From positions 1 to 64,000 of IMG/VR virus record IMGVR_UViG_3300025816_000006: a stretch of 64,000 bases of DNA, one strand, 5' to 3'. The notes beneath the pieces are model-generated. The model ran no database searches. It was given only the letters and a program-made list of their open reading frames with translations, and was not told the origin of the DNA. Position numbers and translations under genes: made by a program. This document shows positions 14,736-25,500 of this stretch, in pieces. Every line of letters starts with the position of its first letter. The first letter of the stretch is position 1. The DNA is from a virus.

Positions 14736-16720
14736 ATAAACTAAAAAAAATAGATGAAGCTTGGTTAAAAATAGATGTAGACGAAAAAGAATTATTCGAC
14801 CCTACCTCAATATTAAATTCCTCAGACGACGACTTTCACCTCAAGCTTACTTGGCTTATGACAAGGCCAGAATATTTTTCTTTCTTGGTCAAGGAAATAT
14901 TTAACGTACAACTACTACCCTCACAGTCGCTCATACTATACGAACTTTGGAATCGTAAGTTCCCTATGCTTATAGCTAGTCGTGGTTTCGGTAAATCTTT
15001 CATGCTGTCTCTATACTCTATGCTAAGAGCGCTCTTGCTTCCGGGCAGGAAGGTTGTTGTTGTGGGCGCTGCCTTTAGGCAATCTAAAGTTCTTTTTGAA
15101 TACATGGAAACTATATGGAACAATTCTCCAATTTTAAGGGACATATGTGATGGAAACTCTGGCCCACGTAGAGACGTTGATCGTTGCGTTATGCGGATTA
15201 ACGATTCTCGTATTACTTGCTTACCACTTGGCGACGGACAAAAAATTAGGGGTCAAAGAGCTAACGATATTATCTCTGACGAATTTGCTTCTATTCCTCG
15301 CGATATTTTCGAGACTGTTGTGGCAGGTTTTGCTGCTGTAAGTTCAGACCCTATTGAGAATGTCAAAAGATTGGCCGCAGAAAAAAAGGCGAAAGAACTA
15401 GGCGTACAAATAACTGATGAAGACGAGAACAAGCTAGAAGATAAAGATAATCAAATCATACTATCTGGTACTGCTTACTACGACTTTAATCATTTCGCTA
15501 CATATTGGAAAAGATGGAAATCTATAATAAAAAGTCAAGGAGACCCAGTAAAGCTAAGAGAAGTATTCGGAGGAGACGATGTTCCTACCAATTTTGACTG
15601 GACAGAGTATTCCATAATGAGAATACCTTACGAGCTATTGCCAGAAGGGTTCATGGATGCCTCACAGGTCGCTAGATCTAAGGCAACAGTTCATGCTGGT
15701 ATCTATCAAATGGAGTTTGGAGCAGTGTTTACTCGCGACTCAGAGGGGTTCTTTAAGAGATCTCTAATAGAGTCTTGCGTAGTGGACGATAAAGAGACAA
15801 CAAAAGACTCTAAGGGTAATGATATTATCTTTGAGGCAAAGCTGATGGGCGATCCAAACAAGAAGTATGTGTTTGGCGTTGACCCAGCTTCGGAAGTTGA
15901 CAACTTTAGCATTATTGTGCTAGAGATCAATCATGACCACAGAAGGATAGTTAACTGTTGGACTACCAACAGGTCAGAACATAAAGAAAAGGTAAAAAGG
16001 GGCTATTCTACAGAGACAGATTTTTATTCTTACTGCGCTAGGAAGATCAGAGACCTTATGAGGCTGTTTCCATGTATACACATTGCTATGGATGCACAAG
16101 GTGGCGGTATCGCCGTAATGGAGTCCTTACACGACAGGGATAAAATACAAGAAGGAGAAATAGAGATATGGCCCGTCATAGATGAAGACAAACCCAAAGA
16201 CACGGACGATCAGCGTGGCTTACATATCTTAGAGATGTGTCAATTTGCTAAGTACGAATGGTTAGCAGAAGCTAATCACGGACTAAGAAAAGACTTAGAG
16301 GATCAAGTAATCTTATTTCCTCGTTTTGATTCAGTTACCGTGGGTATCTCCAATATAGACGATGGAATGAAGGGTAGAATGTATGACACCTTAGAGGAAT
16401 GTGTTATGGACATAGAAGAACTTAAAGACGAACTTTCTATGATCCAGATGACACAAACTGCATCCGGTAGGGATAGGTGGGACACCCCAGAGGTTATCGT
16501 AGCTGCCGGAAAGAAAAGCAAAATGAGAAAAGACAGGTACTCATCCTTAATAATGGCTAACATGGCAGCAAGAAAAATAGCAAGAACACCAACTAAAGAA
16601 GATTATGAATTTTTTGGTGGCTTTGCCGGATCTATTCCAAAAGACTCAAAACAGAAGAAAGATCAAAGTCTATATAGCGGTCCAAGTTGGTTTTCTGAAA
16701 ACATGAAGGATATCTATTAA
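14732..16720 (+). CDS. terL: terminase large subunit
   Basis: Walker A ASRGFGKS, IRGQRA..IISDE Walker B, GVDPA and KDRYSSL nuclease motifs. Confidence 0.93.
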   Translation: MNKLKKIDEAWLKIDVDEKELFDPTSILNSSDDDFHLKLTWLMTRPEYFSFLVKEIFNVQLLPSQSLILYELWNRKFPMLIASRGFGKSFMLSLYSMLRALLLPGRKVVVVGAAFRQSKVLFEYMETIWNNSPILRDICDGNSGPRRDVDRCVMRINDSRITCLPLGDGQKIRGQRANDIISDEFASIPRDIFETVVAGFAAVSSDPIENVKRLAAEKKAKELGVQITDEDENKLEDKDNQIILSGTAYYDFNHFATYWKRWKSIIKSQGDPVKLREVFGGDDVPTNFDWTEYSIMRIPYELLPEGFMDASQVARSKATVHAGIYQMEFGAVFTRDSEGFFKRSLIESCVVDDKETTKDSKGNDIIFEAKLMGDPNKKYVFGVDPASEVDNFSIIVLEINHDHRRIVNCWTTNRSEHKEKVKRGYSTETDFYSYCARKIRDLMRLFPCIHIAMDAQGGGIAVMESLHDRDKIQEGEIEIWPVIDEDKPKDTDDQRGLHILEMCQFAKYEWLAEANHGLRKDLEDQVILFPRFDSVTVGISNIDDGMKGRMYDTLEECVMDIEELKDELSMIQMTQTASGRDRWDTPEVIVAAGKKSKMRKDRYSSLIMANMAARKIARTPTKEDYEFFGGFAGSIPKDSKQKKDQSLYSGPSWFSENMKDIY

Positions 16721-16722
16721 TT

Positions 16723-16731
16723 GTGTATAAT
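16723..16731 (+). promoter_or_regulatory. putative late promoter motif GTGTATAAT
   Basis: Recurs ~20-50 nt upstream of structural genes: 16723, 18823 (GTGTATATT), 22001, 30214, 41514, 47184. Confidence 0.7.
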
Positions 16732-16776
16732 ACAATAACAATTGAAATGCATTCCGATTACCTATAAAGGGACAAG

Positions 16777-18792
16777 ATGAACGAAGAAAACTCTCTAATA
16801 ACTTGGAACGACGCCGACGCTTCCAGTAGAGCTACAGCATTCCAACAATTCTCTGAAGCTGGCGAAAGCTACGCAGGAGTATCAAAAGCTAATCATTATA
16901 GAGACTTCAAAGACATCGAAACAAACAGGTCTGTAAGGCCGGGATTTACAAGTCAAGATTATCATGCGTTTAGACCAGACGAAAAAGTTCCACATAAGCA
17001 GAAGCGCATTATCAAAATGTGCATGGACGCTTACGACAAAGTAGGCATCATTAGAAATGTAATTGATCTCATGGGTGATTTTACCTGTCAGGGAATAAAT
17101 ATTGTTCATGAAAATAAAAGTGTTGAAAAATTTTACCAACAGTGGTTTAAAAAGTGTGGCGGAAAAGAAAGATCTGAAAGATTTGCAAACCTGCTTTACA
17201 GATCAGGACAGGTGATTGCCTACCGAAGCTACGCGAATATTACACCCGATGTAACAAAGTACATCAAGTCAATGGGTAAAGACATCACTGTAGAAGTACC
17301 TGAATTTGAAAAAGGTCAAATTCCTTGGAGATACAATTACTTTAATCCACTTTCTATTGATATGAAGGATAGTCAACTAAACCTTTTCTTGGGTAGGAAT
17401 AGATTTGAGATAAGAACGAATTCTATCTTAGATAACTTTAAAGACGGCTCAATACCCGCACACGTAATCGAAACACTTCCTCCAGAATTAAAGCAGAAGA
17501 TAAAACAGGGCGCAAGAAAAGTTGAACTAGACCCAGAAAGAGTATCTGTATTTTATTACAAAAAAGACGACTGGACAAACTGGGCAAATCCTTTAATATA
17601 CGCAATTCTTGACGATATTATCATGTTGGAAAAAATGAGGCTTGCCGACCTTTCTGCCTTAGATGGGGCTATTTCTAATATTAGACTGTGGACACTTGGT
17701 AACTTAGATCATAAGATTCTTCCAAATAAAGCCGCAATAAACAAGCTTAGAGACATCCTTGCGAGCAATGTTGGTGGAGGTACGATGGAACTGGTTTGGG
17801 GGCCAGAGCTTTCTTACACAGAGTCAAACAGTCAGGTGTACAAATTTTTAGGTTCAGAGAAATATAACTCTGTTCTCAATAGTATCTATGCTGGACTGGG
17901 TGTTCCTCCAACTCTTACAGGTATGGCTGGAAATGGCGGCGGGTTTACAAATAATTTCATATCTTTAAAAACACTTGTAGAAAGACTGCAATACGGCAGA
18001 GACCAACTTACAAAGTTCTGGGAGCAAGAGTGTGAGATTGTTAGAAAAGCTATGGGCTTTAGAAAATCTCCACATATTGTTTACGATCAAATGAGTTTGT
18101 CTGATGAGTCAACAGAAAAGAATCTTCTTATACAGTTGGCTGATAGAGATATAATATCTCATGAAACAGTGCTTGAAAGATTCAAAGAAGTTCCGGGCGT
18201 TGAGAAAATGAGGCTTAAAAGAGAAGACAAAGCCAGAAATTCAGAGAACCTACCAGAAAAAGCTAGTCCTTTTCACAACCCTAATCATAGTCAAGATCTT
18301 GAAAAAATAGATAAGCAGGGGCAAATTAGTGAAAAATTAGCAGAAAAAAAAGAATCTGAAAAACCAATCAACCCCAACGGTAGACCTCCAGCAAAGCTTG
18401 ACGAAGGACCAAGAAAGAAAAGAGTAGACACCCCAAAGTCTAAACCCGGAGTTGCTGAATTTATAGTCTGGACTAATCAAACCTTTGACAAAATATCAGC
18501 CACTTTAAATAGTGCTTATTTGGGAATCCACAAAAAGAAAAACATGAGAGGTCTAACAAAATCTCAGGTAAAAGAGCTTGAAAGACTTAAAATACATGTT
18601 CTTTTAAACACAACTGCTATGTCAGATATATCTGAAGATGAAATCTGCAAGACAGTTGCTTCTAACAAGAGGATGCCACAAGATTTCTCTAATATTCTAA
18701 ACTCTGGTAAAATTAATCCAGAAAATATGAATATAGAAGATTACAAAAGACACGCCATATCAGCGTATGTAGAGTACTTTTTAGATAGATAA
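16777..18792 (+). CDS. portal protein
   Basis: Follows terL; size, and IYAGLGVPPTLTG-type portal motif. Confidence 0.85.
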   Translation: MNEENSLITWNDADASSRATAFQQFSEAGESYAGVSKANHYRDFKDIETNRSVRPGFTSQDYHAFRPDEKVPHKQKRIIKMCMDAYDKVGIIRNVIDLMGDFTCQGINIVHENKSVEKFYQQWFKKCGGKERSERFANLLYRSGQVIAYRSYANITPDVTKYIKSMGKDITVEVPEFEKGQIPWRYNYFNPLSIDMKDSQLNLFLGRNRFEIRTNSILDNFKDGSIPAHVIETLPPELKQKIKQGARKVELDPERVSVFYYKKDDWTNWANPLIYAILDDIIMLEKMRLADLSALDGAISNIRLWTLGNLDHKILPNKAAINKLRDILASNVGGGTMELVWGPELSYTESNSQVYKFLGSEKYNSVLNSIYAGLGVPPTLTGMAGNGGGFTNNFISLKTLVERLQYGRDQLTKFWEQECEIVRKAMGFRKSPHIVYDQMSLSDESTEKNLLIQLADRDIISHETVLERFKEVPGVEKMRLKREDKARNSENLPEKASPFHNPNHSQDLEKIDKQGQISEKLAEKKESEKPINPNGRPPAKLDEGPRKKRVDTPKSKPGVAEFIVWTNQTFDKISATLNSAYLGIHKKKNMRGLTKSQVKELERLKIHVLLNTTAMSDISEDEICKTVASNKRMPQDFSNILNSGKINPENMNIEDYKRHAISAYVEYFLDR

Positions 18793-18848
18793 AATCTGAA
18801 ATTAAATAAAAATTCTTTTTTCGTGTATATTTATTGTAGAGGTAATAC

Positions 18849-20375
18849 ATGACAATTAAAATATTCCAAAACGAAATAAATGACGGCATTGGCGAACTCG
18901 TAAAGAGTACGGCCAGTGTTGCGTATTGCTCTCAAGCTACTACCTTTAAAGGGCAGCAGTTTTCCGAGAAGCTTGCGAGCGCTATGGAAAATACAAAAGT
19001 TGCTGAAAAAATATTAGCAGAGAACAAAGACCAAATAGACCTCTATTATCTAGAGTCTGTTTTGGTCTCTTGCGGTTGGAACAAAAACGACGACGTTTTC
19101 CAGCCAGAGCCGACTTGGGCCGCTAGGAATACCCCTGAAGATAAACAATTTAACTTTATGCACGATGAGAGTGACATCATCGGACATATCACCGGTAGCT
19201 ATGTGCTATCAAAAGATGGCAAGGCGGTTTCTGAAGATTCCCCTATGCCAGAAGATTTTGATATAATCACTCAAGCCGTTCTTTATAATAGCTGGACAAA
19301 AAGCGAAAATAAAGAAAGGATGGAGCAGATTATTGCAGAAATTGAAGAAGGCAAGTGGTACGTTTCTATGGAATGTTTGTTTGCTGGATTTGATTACGCT
19401 TTATCAAATGAAGATGGATCTAAGAAGGTTTTAGCTAGAGATGAAGAGTCTTCGTTCCTAACAAAACACCTTAGAGTATATGGCGGAACCGGAGAGTATG
19501 AGGGATATAAAGTGGGCAGAGCCTTGAAGAATATCTCTTTTTCTGGTAAGGGTTTGGTTTCCAAGCCTGCCAACCCACGTAGTGTTATTCTTAAAAGTGT
19601 TGCATTTAACGTAGATAACGATTTTAATCTTGACATAGGAGATTTAAAAATGTCTGATAATCTTTTAGAGAAGCAATTGGCCGATGTTCGTGCCGATCTC
19701 GCTTCAGCTAAAGCTGAGAACGAGGCGATTAAAGCTAAGATCGAAGAAGCAAAAGATAAAGAGTTTGCTTCCAAGGTAGAGGCTTTTGAGTCCACTGTAG
19801 ACGAGAAAGACGCAAGCATTGCGGAACTTGAAGAAAGCATCAAAAGCACACAAGCTAGAGTTGCTGAACTTGAGGACGCGCTTGCTAAATCTCAAGATGA
19901 CCTCACCGTCGCCATGAAAGATATGGATGCGATGAAAAAGAAAGAAAAGATGGAGAAGCGTAAAGCTGGTCTAGTAGAGGCTGGTTTAACCGAAGAAGAA
20001 GTTGCTGAATCTCTTGCCAATTTCGACGCTCTTGAGGACGAAGCTTTTGAAGCTGTTATCGCACTCATGAAAAAGAAAGACGAAAAGAAGAAAGAGGCAG
20101 AGGCCGCTTTACCTCCAGCGCTTAAAGAAGCTATCGAAAAGAAGAAGGAAAAAGAAGGTAAAGATAAAGAAGCAGAAGCCAAGCCAGCACCACCGGCTCC
20201 AAAGAAGCCAATGGCTGAAGAGGCAGAAGCTGACGTAACACCCGAACTTCTTGAAGATGTAGAAACTTCTGAAGCAACTTTGGTAGAAGCTACCCCAGAG
20301 GTAGACGAAGTGGAATCAACAAGAGCCAGTATTTCAAATTGGCTTGAAACTAACGTTCTCAACAAAAAATCTTAA
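18849..20375 (+). CDS. prohead protease / scaffold fusion
   Basis: N-terminal NKNDD, FMH..IIGH, VSMEC, PANP motifs; C-terminal acidic coiled coil; between portal and capsid genes. Confidence 0.8.
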   Translation: MTIKIFQNEINDGIGELVKSTASVAYCSQATTFKGQQFSEKLASAMENTKVAEKILAENKDQIDLYYLESVLVSCGWNKNDDVFQPEPTWAARNTPEDKQFNFMHDESDIIGHITGSYVLSKDGKAVSEDSPMPEDFDIITQAVLYNSWTKSENKERMEQIIAEIEEGKWYVSMECLFAGFDYALSNEDGSKKVLARDEESSFLTKHLRVYGGTGEYEGYKVGRALKNISFSGKGLVSKPANPRSVILKSVAFNVDNDFNLDIGDLKMSDNLLEKQLADVRADLASAKAENEAIKAKIEEAKDKEFASKVEAFESTVDEKDASIAELEESIKSTQARVAELEDALAKSQDDLTVAMKDMDAMKKKEKMEKRKAGLVEAGLTEEEVAESLANFDALEDEAFEAVIALMKKKDEKKKEAEAALPPALKEAIEKKKEKEGKDKEAEAKPAPPAPKKPMAEEAEADVTPELLEDVETSEATLVEATPEVDEVESTRASISNWLETNVLNKKS

Positions 20376-20393
20376 TCATAGGAGATTTAAATC

Positions 20394-20885
20394 ATGGCTC
20401 TTAAAGCAGATAGATACGAAGAATCAACAGATATCAGCTTTTTCTATAATGCTGATGTAGCAACTCGCGGTGGAGTTGTATGTTTGGCAGATCTAGGTCT
20501 TGCCTCCGGTGCATCTTTGGACCAAGGTGAAAACCTTGTTTCTTATCAACAAACAACGGGCGCTTCTCAGATTCCTGTTGGAATCCTTCTTAATGATGTT
20601 GTTAATAAGGATCTTACAAGAACTCACCTTAATCAGTATAAGGATGAAGTTCAAAAAGGTGGCAAAGTCACCGTCCTTACTCGCGGTTGGGTCGTAACCA
20701 ACAACGTAACTGGAACCCCAACTGCTGGCGCTTTGGCTTATGCCGATGGCGTTACTGCTGGTAATATTACCGCTGGTGCAGTAGATCCAAACGCTTCCGG
20801 CAGCGCAGTTATCGGTCGCTGGATGTCACGTAAAGATGCTGACGGTTACGCTAAATTGTACGTCAATCTTCCCAACTTCGCTTAA
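20394..20885 (+). CDS. capsid decoration/cement protein
   Basis: Small Gly-rich beta protein immediately upstream of the capsid gene. Confidence 0.65.
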   Translation: MALKADRYEESTDISFFYNADVATRGGVVCLADLGLASGASLDQGENLVSYQQTTGASQIPVGILLNDVVNKDLTRTHLNQYKDEVQKGGKVTVLTRGWVVTNNVTGTPTAGALAYADGVTAGNITAGAVDPNASGSAVIGRWMSRKDADGYAKLYVNLPNFA

Positions 20886-20910
20886 TTCTATTAACTAGGA
20901 GAATAAAACA

Positions 20911-21918
20911 ATGTCATATACAGAGAGACCTAGCGAAGAATTTCTTAGCGTTCTTCGTCAATCTGGTAACGGTAATCTTGAGACAGCTATGGCTGCTCAA
21001 AGAGAATTTGCAGTTGCCTTGGAAACACCACTTCGTAAGGGTGTTTTGGTAGGAAATATTCTTGGTAATATTTTCGAGAAAATTAATGTAGAGCCGGGCG
21101 GAAGCACTGAGTATCCACTGGATCTCATTAGTCCCGGACTTGAAGGTGAGCATGTTGCTTACACCAACCCCGGTCATGGTCGCATTCCTGAACGTGCGGT
21201 CGAGAGCGATTACGTCATGATTCCAACTTACAGCATTACGAGCAGCATCGACTTCTTGTTGCGTTATGCTCGCGAAGCTCGTTGGGATATTGTCGGTCGT
21301 GCCATGCAAGTCATGGAAGCCGGTTTCACCAAGAAGATGAACGATGACGGCTGGCACACAATCCTTGCTGCTGGTGTTGATCGCAACATCTTGGTTTACG
21401 ATGGTGACGCAACTGCTGGCATGTTCTCAAAGAGACTTGTTAGCTTGCTTCAAACTGTCATGCGTCGTAACTCTGGTGGAAACACTGGTTCTGCAAACCG
21501 TGGTCGGTTGACAGATCTTTATCTTTCTCCAGAAGCGCTTGAAGACATTCGCAACTGGGGATTTGATCAAGTTTCTGACGCTGTTAGAACTGCGATCTAC
21601 AATGCTGGTGGAGAAGGTTCTCCTGTTCCTAACATCTTCGGTGTTAACCTTCATGATCTTGACGAGCTTGGCGAAGGTCAAGAGTATCAAGACTTCTTCA
21701 CGAACGGTCTTGGCGGATCTGTTCAAGGCAGTGACACAGAATTGGTTGTCGGCCTTGACCAAAGCGCTAACGACAGCTTCGTTATGCCAATGAAGCAAGA
21801 AATCTCTGTTCACGAAGATCCAACCATGCATCGCCAACAGCGCGCTGGCTGGTATGGATTCGCTGAACTTGGTTTCGGTGTCCTTGATAACCGTAGAGTT
21901 ATCCTCGGAAGCTTCTAA
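20911..21918 (+). CDS. major capsid protein
   Basis: 335 aa, position, strongly biased codon use, strong downstream terminator. Confidence 0.85.
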   Translation: MSYTERPSEEFLSVLRQSGNGNLETAMAAQREFAVALETPLRKGVLVGNILGNIFEKINVEPGGSTEYPLDLISPGLEGEHVAYTNPGHGRIPERAVESDYVMIPTYSITSSIDFLLRYAREARWDIVGRAMQVMEAGFTKKMNDDGWHTILAAGVDRNILVYDGDATAGMFSKRLVSLLQTVMRRNSGGNTGSANRGRLTDLYLSPEALEDIRNWGFDQVSDAVRTAIYNAGGEGSPVPNIFGVNLHDLDELGEGQEYQDFFTNGLGGSVQGSDTELVVGLDQSANDSFVMPMKQEISVHEDPTMHRQQRAGWYGFAELGFGVLDNRRVILGSF

Positions 21919-21945
21919 TATTTATTATTAGTTATATATTATTCT

Positions 21946-21979
21946 AGAAAGGTGGTTCAATAGAGCCACCTTTCTTTTT
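21946..21979 (+). terminator. intrinsic terminator
   Basis: AGAAAGGTGGTTC-AATA-GAGCCACCTTTCT followed by T-tract. Confidence 0.9.
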
Positions 21980-22051
21980 ATATGCTATCTGCCTATAAAT
22001 GTGTATAATACTACATACATGTATATCTAGGATTTATTCAAGGAGTCTAAA

Positions 22052-22537
22052 ATGGCTAATATGTCAGACTTTCTAGAATCTGGTTTGCTAAACCATGTTT
22101 TTAGAGGTCATAGTTTTGCTAAACCACAAGGTATGGCTATCGCACTAACCAGCGGCGTACCAGTTGAGTCGGGTTCTGCAAAAAATCTTATTACAGGCAG
22201 TTTCCTTATGGAGCTTCCAAAAGACGAAGGCTCAACAGATACGGGGTATCGTAGAGTTGATTTAGGTGTTCCATCCACAAATGGCAACTCCACTTGGAAG
22301 TTTTCCACAGATGAAGAATTTGCTGCCGGTAGCGGATTTGTTAAAAACTGCAATACAGTATATTTTGGAACTGCACTTACAGAATGGGGCTGGGTATCAG
22401 GTATTGCTATTTGTAGCTCTGGAGTTTGGGGTTCTGGCGATTTACTAATGCAATCCCAATTAGACAATCCTAGATACGTATTTAAAGGGGATTCTTTAAA
22501 ATTTGATGCTGGTCAGTTAAGAATTCAATTTAAATAA
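22052..22537 (+). CDS. virion structural protein
   Basis: MSDFLE..LLNH...Y.RV...WG.VSG pattern typical of phage fibre-associated proteins. Confidence 0.65.
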   Translation: MANMSDFLESGLLNHVFRGHSFAKPQGMAIALTSGVPVESGSAKNLITGSFLMELPKDEGSTDTGYRRVDLGVPSTNGNSTWKFSTDEEFAAGSGFVKNCNTVYFGTALTEWGWVSGIAICSSGVWGSGDLLMQSQLDNPRYVFKGDSLKFDAGQLRIQFK

Positions 22538-22546
22538 GGTTTTAAA

Positions 22547-25500
22547 ATGGCTCAGTTGTCTAGACAAGAATTCAATGAATTCTTACAAGCAAATCTTCCA
22601 GATAATTCAAGTAGAGACATATCTGCACTTGATTTAAGAAATACTTTCTTAAATTTAGCTGACTCTGTTGTGTCTTTTCTTTCTGATCAAAATTTATCAT
22701 CTAACAACTTCTCGTCCATTAGTACACGTTCTACTGTTGCTGGAGATATTGCTCTAGAAAGAAGAGGTGTAGCAGGAGTTGAGAATCAAGACAACTCAGC
22801 TTTTGGTTATGCTGCCCTAGAAGTAAATTTTGCTGGCGTTAAGAATACAGCGATAGGATCGCTTGCGGCATCTTGCAATGCATTGGGTTCAAATAACATA
22901 GCAGTAGGTGTTAACTCTTTAGGTAGTATAACTACAGGTTCAGGAAATCTAGGTCTAGGTAACTACTCTTTAATGAGTAATAAGTTTGGTGATTTTAATA
23001 TAGCCATAGGTCATGGTGCAGGATATTTAGCACCAAAAAGTTCAAGTTTTAAGTTTTATTTAGGCGTTTATCCCGAAGCTAGTGGTGATTGCGATCAACT
23101 AGTTGACGGTATAGATAAACCACCGTTGCTTTATGGTGATCTACAGAGCTTACAGCTTGGTATCGGTGTTTCTGGTTTTAGGGGTTCAGAAAAGCTTGCT
23201 GTTTCTGGAGATATTATACCTTACGAATCAGGTGGAGCATTTAGTTTAGGATCTGGCGACTACAGATGGAATGCACACATACAAGATCTTTATGTCAGTG
23301 GTAGTATATTTACAGGCAGTGAATCCGCTTCGTTTTATGAATACAAAATAACAGATGGTCTTTCTGCTGCTGATGTTATATCTGATGGCGAAACTGTGGC
23401 AATAAGCGGGATTAGCGGAATTCTTACTGACTACTCATCTAATATAATGAGAATTTCTGCCGCACCCCTAAGTGGAGTTATTGATTCTCAATTCCTTAGT
23501 CTTTCTGGTGTAGATCCATCTTTCGGAGGTGTTAGCGGGTTAATCTGGAATGTTAGTGGTTGGGCAGAACAATATGCGGATTCTGTCGGCGCTGCTGCCG
23601 GTGCTTACACCCACTGGAAAGTTTCTGACGGAACGAACAATAATAATATTACTGCACCGCCAAACGCAGTAAATACTTTAATTTTTGGTGGAATTAGTGG
23701 GGTAACAACAAATTATCGAAGTGATACAAATACTTTAGAAGTATCTGCACACCCTCTGTCTGGATTTGTTGACTTTAGATTTGAAGAAGTTTCTGGAAAA
23801 TTAAACGATATCTCTGGAGTTAACGGGCTAATAAATGGACTTAGTGGTGTTCTTCAGCCTCAAATAACTACAAACGATTCAAGAGCAAGTGGATTAATAC
23901 ACGCCAGCGGTGATTACTTATTAAATTTGATATACAATAGCGGTGATAATGTACGTAAACATGCAGATCAAGTATTAATAGACGCAAAGGCTTTTACCAA
24001 TCTTGCTAGCGGCGCTTTAAGAGGAGCTATTGCCGACAGTGGGTACTTATTTAGTGGTATCCTACAATCTCAGATTAACACAAATGATAGTAGAACTAGC
24101 GGAATCTTTAACACTCTTTCAGGTGTAGCGCCTTCTATTTTTGGTCCTAGTGGTTTAATATATCACGTTAGTGGTGCTGCTTTTGAACATGCTAACAATA
24201 TCGCTGCTGCTGCCGGTTCTTACACTCATTGGAATTTAACAGACGGGTCTAATAATAAAAATATAGAACATTCTAATGTAGTTAGATTTACGGGTGAGAA
24301 TGGAGTCACAGCAGTTTACGACAGTGTTGCTAGCATATTCACAATTAATGCTGGACCAATTAGCGGTGTTTTAATAAAAACATCTGTTGCAAACGACACA
24401 AACGCCAGTGGTCTGATAGCTTTTAATGACTCAAGAGCTAGTGGTCTAATATCTTTTACAAGCGGTGTCTTAGACAGGTTTATAAAAAGCGCTAGTGGTA
24501 ATGTATTAAGCTACAGCGAAGATCTCAGCGGTGTTCTTAGGGGTGAAATAAATGACTTAACTACAGCTACGGTTGGTACTATTGATCAGCGAATTGCTGC
24601 CTCAAAAGCCGACATAGTAAACAATGTAATAACTCCTTTAGACAACTCTATACACAGTCCAGCGGGTTTAAGCGGTACGTTGCAGCACGACATAGATAGT
24701 GTCAGTGGTTACACAGAAGGTTTAAACAATTTCTTTGACACTAGAGCTAGCGGCTATATAAACACTTTAAGCGGTGTTATAATAGACCACGACTTCTTTG
24801 CTTTTGATGGTATAGTACATAAAGTAAGCGGTGTAGCTTTAAGAGAAATTGCCAGACAAATTAGTGAGTTTAGTACTGATTTGCTTTCAGGTGACACTGG
24901 AAAATGGAAAGTTGGTGATCAAACGCTTGCTGACACAAAAGATATTTCTTTTAACAGCACATTAAATATTGTTGGTAAAGACGGTTTAACGACTTTTCTT
25001 GGTGGTGATTCAACTCCTTTCTCGTTAACAGTTGACGCGCAACCTATATCTGGATATCTTGAGGCCATAGCCTATGAGATAACGGGCGTTCAGGGTTGTT
25101 TTGAAAGCAAAATAAGAGCCGCGAGCGGCCTTGCTCTTTATGTTAGCGGGGTTGCCAGAGAAGCTGTTGGGGCCAGCGGAGCGCTAATTAGTGGCTGGGC
25201 GCACGATTCCTTTTTACACTATGACAATAGAGCGAGTGGACTATCAGATCATCTTAGTGGTATACTTAGGGCTGGAATTTCTGATAGCGGTGCGTTTTTT
25301 GACAACAGGGCTAGCGGATTAATTGCATTTACAAGTGGGGTAGCAAGAGAAGCTGTTGGAGCTAGCGGCGCTTTAATCAGTGGTTGGGCGCACGACTCCT
25401 TCTTATACTACAATGATAGAGCAAGCGGCCTACCCGTCCATGTTAGCGGTATTCTAAACGACAAAATCCAAGCTCTTACTCTTGCTAGTGACGCATATAT

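Noticed and set aside
14732-16720. Intein or intron in terminase
   Set aside because: Continuous ORF with no intein splice-junction (C...HN) or LAGLIDADG motifs.
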